Under the pieces are notes generated by a model. It ran no database searches. It was not told the origin of the DNA and worked only from the letters and a program-made list of their open reading frames with translations. Positions 27,336-37,176 of a stretch of 53,893 bases of DNA are shown here, piece by piece; position 1 is the first letter of the stretch; the number at the start of each line of letters is the position of its first letter. Location: assembly GCA_964601325.1 (NCBI GenBank), contig CAZRNA010000005.1, forward strand, positions 1 to 53,893. Reading direction: 5' to 3'. This DNA is from an uncultured Candidatus Bathyarchaeia archaeon (GTDB taxonomy: Archaea > Thermoproteota > Bathyarchaeia > 40CM-2-53-6). The translations under genes and the position numbers were made by a program.

Positions 27336-27905
27336 TCATGCGACTGGAGGTCTTTGCTGTAAACGTCTGGTCCAATCAACCAGGGCCAGAAGAAGATCTC
27401 GGATGAACCCGCGTGCGGTCTCGTCTATCAGCCGCCCATTTGCGTCAAACTTCTCCCGAGCACGCATCAACAGCACTTCAGGCTTGTTGAGAGGGAACAT
27501 GTTGCAGAAGACGCAGACCTGCCTTAGATGCATCTGTGCCCGCACCGTGCCGAAATTGCCTGTGCTCGCGCCCATGATCGCTACTGGCTTTCCATTCAGA
27601 GGCGGATCCGGTGGACGCGAGGCCCAGTCGATGGCGTTCTTCAGGACTCCCGGAATCGAGAAGTTGTATTCAGGCGTGGCGATCAACAGCGCATCTGCCG
27701 CGACGATGCCTTCTCGGAATTGCTGAACTGGTTTCGGGAATCCGACGACGCGTACATCATCGTTGTAGAGCGGAATAGGCGAGAGGTCGAAGGTCTCCAG
27801 AGTCATGCCTTCTGGTAGCAACTCTGAGGCAGCGGTCAACAGTCTCGTGTTGTAAGAGCCTTTGCGCAAGCTGCCCGAAATGCCAAGAACGTGGATATTC
27901 GCCAT
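27336..27905 (-). CDS. NADPH-dependent FMN reductase (ChrR/SsuE-like)
   Basis: GSLRKGSYN, TPEYNFSIPGVLKNAIDWASRP, GTVRAQ.HLR. Confidence 0.95.
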   Translation of the reverse strand: MANIHVLGISGSLRKGSYNTRLLTAASELLPEGMTLETFDLSPIPLYNDDVRVVGFPKPVQQFREGIVAADALLIATPEYNFSIPGVLKNAIDWASRPPDPPLNGKPVAIMGASTGNFGTVRAQMHLRQVCVFCNMFPLNKPEVLLMRAREKFDANGRLIDETARGFIRDLLLALVDWTRRLQQRPPVA

Positions 27906-28142
27906 CCGAACCACCCGTCATTTCATTCGCGCATGAAAGTTCATTCGCCATGGAGCTGCACGGAGAGCCAGTAGGCTACGCTCCTGCTCTTTCACGGACA
28001 CCTACTTCGTAACATGACGGAATGAATGTTGTGAGAGTCTTCTTGAAGGTGTGTTTCGTCGCAGCGTGGAACGTCGCTCGATATCCAAACCGTCGCCTTG
28101 GGAGTCGGACGAGCGAAGCTAAAAGGACGGACCATGTGTCGC

Positions 28143-28349
28143 ATGAGTGATGCGATCATGACGCGCGCTCTGTCAAGGATTGCGAAGTATCTTGGAGGCT
28201 TGGTCTGTACATTCGGTGGAGTCTACCTAGGAAACGCGTACGGGGCAGCCTACTGGCGGTTCGGGCCCTTCAACCTCGCTTGGGATACCCTATTCCGGGG
28301 GAGCGTCTTGGTACTCATCGGATTCTTGTTGATCCGACTCAGCAAGTAG
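28143..28349 (+). CDS. small membrane protein (2 TM)
   Basis: Two hydrophobic segments; start uncertain (28098-28158). Confidence 0.55.
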   Translation: MSDAIMTRALSRIAKYLGGLVCTFGGVYLGNAYGAAYWRFGPFNLAWDTLFRGSVLVLIGFLLIRLSK

Positions 28350-28370
28350 CTCTCTCCTAGTAGATGCGGT

Positions 28371-30305
28371 TCATTCCTTCAGGTTCTCGATCTTAACCGG
28401 CTCGATGTGCTCTGCGAGTTTGAAGCCGAATATCTTCGAGTAGAAGTATAGCTCGGCGTCGCGGGCGCGCTTGATGTTTTCTTTTCGTCTGAAACCGTGC
28501 TGTTCGCCCGCGAACGTGAGATACGCGTATGGCAATCCTTTCGCCTGTAGTGCTTTCACCATCAATTCTGCTTGGTTTGGTGTAACGATCTTGTCTTCAA
28601 GTCCTTGGAAGATTATCATTGGACAGGAGATGCGGTCGGCGAAGTGTATCGGCGATCGTTCCAGGTACAGGTCGCGTCGCTCCGGATAGGGACCTATGAG
28701 TTTCACATTGTAGTGTGATTCGAACTTGTGGGTCTCCTTGTCAAGGACCTCTAGGTCGCAGACGCCGTAGTAGCTGGCGCCGGCCTTGAAGGTGTCCCGG
28801 AAGGTCAGAGCGCATAGCGTTGTGTAGCCACCAGCGCTTCCTCCTCGAATCGCAAGCCGGTTGGCGTCAACCAATCCAGCCTTGACTAAGTATTTCGCGG
28901 CATTGACGCAATCGTCAACGTCTACCACGCCCCATTGTCCATACAAGCGCTGCCGATACTCGCGGCCGTATCCGGTGCTGCCACCGTAGTTCACATCCAC
29001 CACCGCGAAGCCCCGCGTCGTCCAGAACTGAACCGCTAGGCTCAGCGTTGTGCCTGTTGCTCCCGTGGGACCTCCGTGAGAGATGACCATCAAGGGCGGA
29101 CGTTCGCCCTGAGGCGCCGTGAAGTCTCGGTTCCTCGGCGCGTAGAAAAACGCGTACGCTTTCAGATTGTTTGTCGTGGGGAACTCTATCGTCTGCGGCG
29201 CCGACATGTATCCCGCGTCGATTGTTGCAGACCGAGAACGATAGACGACACTGAACTTCCCCGTTGCGAAATCGTATTGAACTATGGCTTCAGATGTCGT
29301 TGGACCCCCTGCCAAGAAAACCGCGCGTCCGCCCCCGGCTCCGAGATACCATATGTCGCTGTAAGGGTTCTCGATCGGTCTAAACTGAAGAGTCGTCGTG
29401 TTTAGTTCTGCCAGATTCCATGTCCCTTTGGTCGCGTAGGTACAAATGATTCGCTCTGGTGACGCCCAAGCGTACGTGGACAGTCCAAACACCCAATGCG
29501 GCCTGCCAAAGTCTGCGTGCATTTCATGCAGCGGTTCAATTCGGTTTCCGCGCCATCGGTAGAGGTTCCACCAGCCCGTCCGGTCCGAGACAAAATGCAG
29601 TATCCCGTCAGGCGACCATTCGGGCTGGAAGATGGATTCGTTGAGGCCACCGGCGACTAGCTGAGTTCGGCCGAGGGAACCATTCGCGTTCAGTTCGGCC
29701 ACCCAAAGTTCCGTGCCGTCCCAGGGCATGTTGGGGTGGTTCCAAGTGATCCATGCAAGATGCGAGCCGTCAGGACTCAGACGAGGCGACGAGTAGAAGT
29801 CATTTCCAGAAACAAGCACTCTACCGCTGTCTTTCCCATCAAGGCTAAGACTCGCTACGGTGTTCACCGCTTTCTGATCGGAGAGCCTGTGATCTTCTCG
29901 GATACAGATCATCCGACCTCGATGTCGATCCATCACCCCATCTGCATACCGCATATTGATTTCTGGAGTGACTGGTCGAGGTTCCGCTCCGGGTTTCAGC
30001 ATGTAGATGCGCTGGTCGGAAAAGTTCGAGAAATAAACAGCATCATCGGCGACGACGAAGCTGCCCCCTCCGTACTCGTGCACAGTGGTCCGAGCATTGA
30101 ACGGAGCAGGCGTAAGGTCCACAATCCGACCATCCGCCCCCTGCTTCATGATTCCGAAGCGTCCTTTCTCTTCTGGACGCAGTTCCCTCCAGTAGACCTC
30201 GCCCGCGGCAAAGCCCACCTCGGTAAGCTGGGTCGCAGAAGCAGCGAGCTCTGACGTGATCGGAGACTTCCAAGAACCGTACGGCACGACTTTCTGCTCA
30301 GACAT
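28371..30305 (-). CDS. S9-family (prolyl oligopeptidase/acylaminoacyl peptidase-like) peptidase
   Basis: [21 protein letters not shown] nucleophile, [14 protein letters not shown]. Confidence 0.96.
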   Translation of the reverse strand: MSEQKVVPYGSWKSPITSELAASATQLTEVGFAAGEVYWRELRPEEKGRFGIMKQGADGRIVDLTPAPFNARTTVHEYGGGSFVVADDAVYFSNFSDQRIYMLKPGAEPRPVTPEINMRYADGVMDRHRGRMICIREDHRLSDQKAVNTVASLSLDGKDSGRVLVSGNDFYSSPRLSPDGSHLAWITWNHPNMPWDGTELWVAELNANGSLGRTQLVAGGLNESIFQPEWSPDGILHFVSDRTGWWNLYRWRGNRIEPLHEMHADFGRPHWVFGLSTYAWASPERIICTYATKGTWNLAELNTTTLQFRPIENPYSDIWYLGAGGGRAVFLAGGPTTSEAIVQYDFATGKFSVVYRSRSATIDAGYMSAPQTIEFPTTNNLKAYAFFYAPRNRDFTAPQGERPPLMVISHGGPTGATGTTLSLAVQFWTTRGFAVVDVNYGGSTGYGREYRQRLYGQWGVVDVDDCVNAAKYLVKAGLVDANRLAIRGGSAGGYTTLCALTFRDTFKAGASYYGVCDLEVLDKETHKFESHYNVKLIGPYPERRDLYLERSPIHFADRISCPMIIFQGLEDKIVTPNQAELMVKALQAKGLPYAYLTFAGEQHGFRRKENIKRARDAELYFYSKIFGFKLAEHIEPVKIENLKE

Positions 30306-30423
30306 TAGGTGCAGATCCTTACTAGGAATAGTGAAGCCCGAGGCGTACTAATTACTATTTGGCGTTACTCGACCGAGCTGTGATTGGAAATCTTTTTCTT
30401 CCGAACGGCTCTCTCGCACGTTC

Positions 30424-30897
30424 ATGATCAATGATCCCGAATCCGTCGCCACAGCGCTCAGGCCAATGTCCGGAGTGAAGGACGTCGACATAGTACACTT
30501 TCCATCAGAAAAGGAACTCTGGATAGTGCTGAAAGAACCCGTGAGTCTCGATCGGCTTAGGAAAGCTTCCGAGCGCTTGGGCTACATTGTGGCGAAGCGA
30601 GGCTCATGGGCGTCGATGCTTCCTCGAAGCCTAGCTGAGATGATCTGGGACGGAGTCATGTTCGTCGTCGCCAAACACACGCACGTTCCCGGAAAAGGGG
30701 AATACTCTGCTCGCGTCGTGAGAGATTTTGCAACGGGAGACACAATCTACCACGTCATAGACGCAGACGGACTTGAGATCCTGAAAGATTACCTGAGAGC
30801 TCGATCATGCATCTGCGACGAAACACATAGCAAGACGCAGAATGTGTGCAGCGGCGATTGTTCTACTCCTTCACGTACGCCACATACAGGATCGTGA
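30424..30897 (+). CDS. hypothetical protein
   Basis: 157-aa globular-looking ORF filling the gap; 3' end overlaps the convergent gene by 35 bp. Confidence 0.7.
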   Translation: MINDPESVATALRPMSGVKDVDIVHFPSEKELWIVLKEPVSLDRLRKASERLGYIVAKRGSWASMLPRSLAEMIWDGVMFVVAKHTHVPGKGEYSARVVRDFATGDTIYHVIDADGLEILKDYLRARSCICDETHSKTQNVCSGDCSTPSRTPHTGS

Positions 30898-31987
30898 GGA
30901 GGAGTCCGAAGAATACTCCGAATCCAACTATGAAGATGCCGACTGCGGAAAATGGGAATCCGGCGTTCAGGAGGTCTGACGCCTTGAAACGGTCAATGAT
31001 GAGATATGGGAGGTGGCTGTACTCCTGCATCGTTTCGCCGATCAGTATGATGCCGGACGCAAGAAGGCCTACAGTCGCTGCCACCGCAATGCCGAGCTTT
31101 GATGGGGTCCGTCGCTCGCTTGTGCTCCTCAACCACATGCCGGCGAGGATAAGGTAGCCGACGAAGGTCAACTTCAGGGCGAAGACGTTAGGCAGGAATA
31201 GTTGGGTATCAGCAACGCCCGAGTACTGTATGTATAGGCCTGTGACGGCTGCGAACATTCTAGGCACGTTCTGTCCTAGAGTCCAGAGATACCATGCGCC
31301 TGCTAGAGCCTGAGGTACAAGGAATCCAACTCCCACGGTTACTCCTTGTCTGAAGAGGCTGCTGTTGACCGCGGCGCTTCCACGTTTCATGTAGATTCCC
31401 AGTGCCGCGGCCGCACATATGACGAATCCTCCGGTTGAGAGGGATGCAAAGATCGTGTGAGCGTATAGCGGCGGTAAGCTCGGGTTCGCGTATAGCAGGA
31501 TTGGTTCAACTGCGTTCTCGGACAACCCAACCGTTTGATTTGTGAATGCGATCATGGTCCTGAAGTTTAGGGGGATCAGTGAAGAAGTCAAGGCCATGAA
31601 GAAACCTACAGCCAAGTGTAAGCTCGTTCCGATTCTGTCGAAGGTGTACCAATAGATAGCAATCATGAGGAAGTTCGCAATGATGCTCGTCGCTACGAAT
31701 GCGAATGGCCACCAAAGCAATGTGCCGAGAGTCTTCGTGAAGTCTGGCCAGAGCGCAAACAGTTCAACCGTTATTGCAGTCCCGAGCGAGCCTATTGTGG
31801 CGTAGATCAGTACAATTGCCTTCGAGATCGCCTTGCTTGAGTCAACGTAGGTTCTCTCGTTCCGTCTTCGACCGGCCAATTCAAGCCCGAATGCAAGCCA
31901 CGAGAAGCCGAGTACGAGGCTCGCGCCGAGAACGTGGGTGAACATTGTGAATGCAAACAGGGTCAATGCGGAGTCTAGCGGCGTCAT
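30863..31987 (-). CDS. cytochrome bd-type oxidase second subunit, CydA' (CydA paralog)
   Basis: Colinear with upstream CydA: THV...LVLG, GT...VE....WP.F, AHT, E....PY.I; not CydB-like. Confidence 0.8.
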   Translation of the reverse strand: MTPLDSALTLFAFTMFTHVLGASLVLGFSWLAFGLELAGRRRNERTYVDSSKAISKAIVLIYATIGSLGTAITVELFALWPDFTKTLGTLLWWPFAFVATSIIANFLMIAIYWYTFDRIGTSLHLAVGFFMALTSSLIPLNFRTMIAFTNQTVGLSENAVEPILLYANPSLPPLYAHTIFASLSTGGFVICAAAALGIYMKRGSAAVNSSLFRQGVTVGVGFLVPQALAGAWYLWTLGQNVPRMFAAVTGLYIQYSGVADTQLFLPNVFALKLTFVGYLILAGMWLRSTSERRTPSKLGIAVAATVGLLASGIILIGETMQEYSHLPYLIIDRFKASDLLNAGFPFSAVGIFIVGFGVFFGLLLTILYVAYVKE

Positions 31988-31994
31988 CCTGTTC

Positions 31995-33233
31995 TCACTC
32001 CTTCAGGGCTATCGTGTAGACGGTGTAGGATATTCCGAGAATCGCTAGGACGAGCATTCCCGCCACCGCTGCAACGGCAATGGGAGTTATTGTGAAAGTG
32101 GGCGACAGGATATCGGTGACTTTGACCAGGCCGTAGATAACCCAAGGTTGTCTCCCTACCTCTTTGACGTACCAACCAAGAATGTTGACGACTATCCCAA
32201 AGAAGGCGGCGAGTATGGATAGCGAAAGCCAAGTCCTCGAGATTCTCTTGCCTCTGATTACTTTCAACGCGATGAATAACGCGATCAGGCCCATGATCAC
32301 GGCGAGGCCGATCTTCGAGTACCATTGAAGGTAGAGCAACGGATGCTGGAAATCCACCGGATACTCGATGAGACCTTTGATCGGTCTGTCCCAGTCACCG
32401 TACGCCAGCAAATTCGGGAACCCAGAAGGAATCGTATTGTATGCGCCCTCCAAGGCAGCTAATGTTGCTGGAGTATATTTTGCGAGCAGCTTGCCCTGCT
32501 GGTCGCCAAGGAAAGCAAGAACCGGAATTGGAATTGAAAAGGCCAAGCTTGTCAGCTTGAAAGCTGCCCAGTTCGTCTGTTCGTCGCCCTTGGCTCGGAG
32601 TAGTCTGTATGCGTACATTGCCATTACCAGCCCAAATGAGTAAACCCATCCGCCAAGCACGGCATGCGCGCCAGTGATCGCGGATGCTTCATTCAGGAAA
32701 GCTCGAACAACGTCCACCTGCAACTGGCCATTCACGACAGATGCGCCAATCATCGGGTATTGCATGAAGACATTCACGCTTGTGATGAGGAATCCGGAAA
32801 TGTTCGAGCCAAGTGCTAACCCGACGCCGATTGCGACGTGCGTCCAAGTTCCTGCGAGCTTATCCCACGATACCCAGTACAGCACGATCAGAGTGACTTC
32901 TGATAGGAATGCGAAGACCTCTAGGAAGAATGGGTAGAACAGGTATTGGCCTCCAAGTCTGATGAACTCAGGCCAGACGGTGAAGAGCCCGAACTCCATC
33001 AGCGTTCCCGAGGCCGCGCCTGTACCGAAAATGATCGCTAGTATCTTCGTCCACTTGGACGCCAATTGCTTGTAGCATGCGTCATGTCTCGTGATCCACA
33101 AGCACTCCGAGGCTACGATAAGCCACGGAATTCCAAGGACGAGCCCAAGAAGTATGCCGTGTCCGTAGATGCCAAATGCTGAGAGGAATCTTGCAAGATA
33201 GAAGCCTGTCAGATCAGACAAGGGACTTGTCAC
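31995..33233 (-). CDS. cydA: cytochrome bd-type oxidase subunit I
   Basis: GH...G...G (His19 equivalent), GT.MEF, EVFAFLSE, N.FMQYP, AH (His186 equivalent), LAALEG, GW...EVGRQPW.IYG. Confidence 0.92.
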   Translation of the reverse strand: MTSPLSDLTGFYLARFLSAFGIYGHGILLGLVLGIPWLIVASECLWITRHDACYKQLASKWTKILAIIFGTGAASGTLMEFGLFTVWPEFIRLGGQYLFYPFFLEVFAFLSEVTLIVLYWVSWDKLAGTWTHVAIGVGLALGSNISGFLITSVNVFMQYPMIGASVVNGQLQVDVVRAFLNEASAITGAHAVLGGWVYSFGLVMAMYAYRLLRAKGDEQTNWAAFKLTSLAFSIPIPVLAFLGDQQGKLLAKYTPATLAALEGAYNTIPSGFPNLLAYGDWDRPIKGLIEYPVDFQHPLLYLQWYSKIGLAVIMGLIALFIALKVIRGKRISRTWLSLSILAAFFGIVVNILGWYVKEVGRQPWVIYGLVKVTDILSPTFTITPIAVAAVAGMLVLAILGISYTVYTIALKE

Positions 33234-33383
33234 AAGCTCCGTGAATCCACTACATTCAGAGGTTTTTCCTTCCGGACTGATAAATGCCTTTGCAGTCTTC
33301 TACTGTTTTGTGGTTGCTGATTGAGACGAGAACGAGCCCTTTCGACCCTTCGCGTTCACTGCCCATTCAACCGTGTTTGGCAG

Positions 33384-33857
33384 TCAGTCTTCCTTCAACA
33401 CGTGCTGGTCGTATTCTCGTTCGAGTCTGTTCTTGTGAATCAGTTCTTCTTCCGCGAGTTTGGAGAAGAGTTGGCCAGCGGTCGGAAAATAGCGGGCGAA
33501 AGGTCCAGCAGCCAACGACCGGTAGTGCTCATACGTGTCTTTCTCTCGTTGGGCAGCGAACAACAACAGTGTCGGGTAGTCTGCATCCTCTGAGAGCGCA
33601 GTCTTCTCCTTGAAGTCCACTATCTTGAGGTCCTCGATTCGTCCTGTGGGCGAGCCTAGTTTTGAGATGTCCGCTTTGCCTTGCATTATCGCTAAGAGTT
33701 TCTCCTTATGACCGGCCTCAGCCTGCGCGAGTTCTTTGAGTAGAACCTTAGCGGAATGCAGCGTCACCTTCTCGTACGCCTTCGCATAGAGAACGTAGGA
33801 CTGCTCTTCGATTCTGACCGCATTTTCAAGGAGCTTCTTCAGCAGGGATTCCGGCAT
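33384..33857 (-). CDS. rubrerythrin/ferritin-like diiron protein
   Basis: A...EE....LY, ELAQAEAGH, A..REK.T.EHY, LAEEE..H; start at MPESLL (ATG 33857). Confidence 0.88.
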   Translation of the reverse strand: MPESLLKKLLENAVRIEEQSYVLYAKAYEKVTLHSAKVLLKELAQAEAGHKEKLLAIMQGKADISKLGSPTGRIEDLKIVDFKEKTALSEDADYPTLLLFAAQREKDTYEHYRSLAAGPFARYFPTAGQLFSKLAEEELIHKNRLEREYDQHVLKED

Positions 33858-33958
33858 GGCTGTTGTCTCGCGTGCCCTCCTGATCTTCTCAACAGAAAAA
33901 GGTTGAGTTGCACTTAGTAGACAGCGACGCAGATAACACTTCAAACCTGTGCGGGCGG

Positions 33959-34927
33959 ATGGCTTTGGACACAATTGGGATCGCAACGACCGGCGGAGAC
34001 GCTCCGGGAATGAACGCTGCGCTTAGAGCGGCTGTGAGAACAGCTGTCGCAAACGGTCTACGAGTAATCGGTTTTGAAAGGGGATATGCAGGAATCCTCG
34101 CCAACGAATCCCGGCTTTTGGACGCGAGAACGGTCGGCGGCATAATTCATCTTGGCGGCACTTTGCTCAAGACAGCTAGGGCTGATGAGATGAAGACCCC
34201 GGAAGGAATGTCGCAGGCAGTGAAAGTGCTGAAACAAAATCGACTGGACGGCTTGGTAGTGCTTGGAGGTAATGGTTCGATGAGGGCGGCTTGCCAGCTT
34301 CATGAAGTATGCGGCATCCCCATTGTCGGCATTCCTGCAACGATCGACAACGATCTCGTCGGCACGGATACCACTATCGGTTTCGACACAGCCGTGAACA
34401 CCGGCCTCGAGGCCCTTGACAAGATACGAGACACAGCAACATCTCACGAGAGGGTTTTCGTCGTCGAAGTCATGGGTCGGAACCGAGGCTTCGTAGCTTT
34501 AGAGGTCGGTATAGGCGCGGGCGCCGAGGTGATACTCGTACCCGAGATCAAGTATGATATCGACAAAGTGTGCCAGTCGCTTGTCGAGAGTAATCGTCAC
34601 GGCAAGAAATCCGCAATAATAGTCATGGCTGAAGGCGCTGGGGACTCCGCAGAGGTCGCTCAGGCGATAAGGGAAAAGACCGTATTCGAAGTTAGGCTCA
34701 CGCGGCTCGGGCATGTGCAGAGGGGAGGACACCCGACGGCTCAGAGCAGGCTCGTCGCATGCGAGATGGGTGCAGCAAGCATCCAGTTCCTACTCGACGG
34801 CAAGAAGAAGCATATGACAGGAATCCAGAACGGTCGCATAGTCCCGGTTGACCTCGAATATGCGTCGACAGTCGAGAAACCCATAGACGAGCGACTGTAC
34901 AAGTTGGCACTGGCGCTAGCGACCTAA
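33959..34927 (+). CDS. pfkA: ATP-dependent 6-phosphofructokinase (bacterial PfkA type)
   Basis: TTGGDAPGMNAA, GGT.L.TAR, GGNGS, PATIDND, VEVMGR, LGHVQRGG. Confidence 0.95.
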   Translation: MALDTIGIATTGGDAPGMNAALRAAVRTAVANGLRVIGFERGYAGILANESRLLDARTVGGIIHLGGTLLKTARADEMKTPEGMSQAVKVLKQNRLDGLVVLGGNGSMRAACQLHEVCGIPIVGIPATIDNDLVGTDTTIGFDTAVNTGLEALDKIRDTATSHERVFVVEVMGRNRGFVALEVGIGAGAEVILVPEIKYDIDKVCQSLVESNRHGKKSAIIVMAEGAGDSAEVAQAIREKTVFEVRLTRLGHVQRGGHPTAQSRLVACEMGAASIQFLLDGKKKHMTGIQNGRIVPVDLEYASTVEKPIDERLYKLALALAT

Positions 34928-35007
34928 CATCATACGCCAACCTGAGTGCCAAATGTCGTGTGCAGGATTCGCAGCCGTACATCCAATATGCGTCGGGATG
35001 ATATTGC

Positions 35008-35718
35008 ATGGACAAGTCCCTTTGGCATAGCGTGATCTCGTCCATCGAAGAGACAGCGCCGCTCTATGATGAGGTCAATGAGATCATCAGCCTCAGACGT
35101 GCCGGCAAGGCCAGAGCGTACGCTGCGCAGAGACTCATGGAAGATAATCCGAAACTGGTTCTCGACTCAGGTGTGGGGCCGGGCAGCATGAGCATGATTC
35201 TTCTACAGCAGCATCCACACTCGGATGTTGTAGCTCTCGACTATTCGAGCCAGCTTCTAAGAAGCTTCAAGGAGAGGACGAAGAACTACCGTGACAGGCT
35301 CCATTTCGTTCGTGCTTGTTTTGAAGAACTTCCATTCAGACCAAACTCACTCGACGCGGTCGTATCAGCATACGCGCTACGTGATTCAACTAATCTCGAG
35401 CAGGCAATCGGTGAGTATGCGAGATCTATCAAGAGCAAAGGACGCTTAGCGATCGTTGAGTTGGGGAAGCCAGACAACACAGTCAAGAGATTCTTCGCGA
35501 CGATTTATGTGAGATTCATTGTGCCTCTGGTTGCGAAGATCCGGATCTCAGGAAGACTGGAAGGTAACCCGTGGCGAATGATAGCGCCGACCTACCAGAA
35601 CCTGCCAACGACGGGTAGGCTTCTCGAAATGCTTGAGGCAAGGTTCGATCTGCTGGAAAGGAGAACTTTTCTCGCCGGAGGCGTGTTGGTTATACTTCTG
35701 CGATCTCGCAGTTCATGA
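35008..35718 (+). CDS. UbiE/MenG-family methyltransferase
   Basis: A..YD.VN.IIS, VLDSGVGPG, FEELPF...S.D.V.SAYALRD, E.GKP. Confidence 0.85.
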   Translation: MDKSLWHSVISSIEETAPLYDEVNEIISLRRAGKARAYAAQRLMEDNPKLVLDSGVGPGSMSMILLQQHPHSDVVALDYSSQLLRSFKERTKNYRDRLHFVRACFEELPFRPNSLDAVVSAYALRDSTNLEQAIGEYARSIKSKGRLAIVELGKPDNTVKRFFATIYVRFIVPLVAKIRISGRLEGNPWRMIAPTYQNLPTTGRLLEMLEARFDLLERRTFLAGGVLVILLRSRSS

Positions 35719-35729
35719 AGAGCGCGTAT

Positions 35730-36203
35730 CTAGAGGTACTTCCAGCCCATCAATGGTGGTTCGATTTCCATCTGCCACAGGAGAGCGATGAGTTCTCCCC
35801 GGTGATGGACTTCCTCTTCGAAGACATGGATCAGAACGTCTTCAGCAGTGACACGAACCACTTCGCCCAAGTCGTTGGTGACATCATATTCCTTCAGAAG
35901 TCCTTCGGGGGTCAGTGAGGCCGTGTATGTTCGCATGCGCGCCTCCACATGTGCCATGTACTTGCCGATATCTTCAGTAGTTTTGTAGTCATCGAACGCT
36001 CGTTTCGTTCGAAGTTTCTCGTTCAGCAGGAAATCCAGCCAGTGGTCTACTGCGCCGAGAGTGTGGATGAATATGTTGCGGAGGGAGTGGAAGCTGGCTT
36101 CACGATTCTTCGTCAGTTCTTCCCATGGGAGCTTCGCAAGTGAGTCAAAGTATCTATGTCTCACTTCCATGTTGTATTCAATGAGTTTCCTCACATCAAC
36201 CAT
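35730..36203 (-). CDS. DinB-family protein
   Basis: S.RNIF.H, H.FEEE.HHRGE...L.Q....P. Confidence 0.9.
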   Translation of the reverse strand: MVDVRKLIEYNMEVRHRYFDSLAKLPWEELTKNREASFHSLRNIFIHTLGAVDHWLDFLLNEKLRTKRAFDDYKTTEDIGKYMAHVEARMRTYTASLTPEGLLKEYDVTNDLGEVVRVTAEDVLIHVFEEEVHHRGELIALLWQMEIEPPLMGWKYL

Positions 36204-36307
36204 TCATTTCACCGCATGCGCACCGCACAAGACCCAATGCACGAGGGAGTGTATAGCGTGTTCTTCTTTGCGGGAAGCATTTGGAACTTGTCAAGAGGAT
36301 GGTTTCC

Positions 36308-37048
36308 TCAGTTGATTCTGATTCCTATCATGCGCAGAAGGATCGGCATCAGACTACCTAAGACATATCCGGCTCCGCCGGAGAACGCGCCGATAACCAT
36401 GACCTCCAATCCTCCTTTCAGCATCTTTCCATGTGCAAGTCTGGATTTGTAGACTCCCAGCCCGAATAGCGCCGCCAGTGTCAGGCCTACTGAAAAGAGG
36501 AGTGCCGTATGTAGAGGTAATAGGAGATACGGACCTATCGGGAAAAGCGATCCGCCGAGATAAGAGAGGGCCATGACCAGTGCGTCTCTGCGTCCGCTAT
36601 GAATAGGCTCGTTGGACAGCCCGAGTTCTTTCTCTACCATGGTTCTGATCCAGGACTTCTTCGAAGTGGTGATCAGGTCGGCTACCTTGGAACTGTCGAC
36701 AGGCGAGAGTCCTTCACTCTCGAAGAGTACAGCAATCTCCTTCTTCTCTTCATCTGGAACCGTCTCTACTTCATTCATTTCCTTGGTGATCGCCCATTCT
36801 TGGACCTCGCGTTCCGCCTTCGATGACAAATATGCGCCAGCGCCCATCGATATGGATCCGGCAAAAGCTTCTGCGAGTCCAGCTATCAGCACGTAGAAGT
36901 TGTTGGTTGTGGCTCCGGCGACTCCGGAAACGACGCCTAATGGTACAAGAAGTCCGTCTTCTGCGCCGAAAACGATCTCTCTGATTTGTGAAAGCCTCGA
37001 AACTCTGTTCTTTTCGTCGAAGAGTTTCTCCAAATCCGAATGGCTCAT
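36308..37048 (-). CDS. VIT1/CCC1-family Fe/Mn transporter
   Basis: REIVFGAEDGL, AGSISMGAGAYLSSKAERE, M..ELGL, G...P..PY. Confidence 0.93.
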   Translation of the reverse strand: MSHSDLEKLFDEKNRVSRLSQIREIVFGAEDGLLVPLGVVSGVAGATTNNFYVLIAGLAEAFAGSISMGAGAYLSSKAEREVQEWAITKEMNEVETVPDEEKKEIAVLFESEGLSPVDSSKVADLITTSKKSWIRTMVEKELGLSNEPIHSGRRDALVMALSYLGGSLFPIGPYLLLPLHTALLFSVGLTLAALFGLGVYKSRLAHGKMLKGGLEVMVIGAFSGGAGYVLGSLMPILLRMIGIRIN

Positions 37049-37176
37049 CTTGGATTCCACTTCATCTAGTAGGCTGTGAGGTTGCAAACAGGGATTTATG
37101 CACGAGCTTCTGAACCAAGGAGTATGAATACGCCGAGCTACTAGAGAGGATGGGTTGACTCAAGCTGGGTGAGAGC

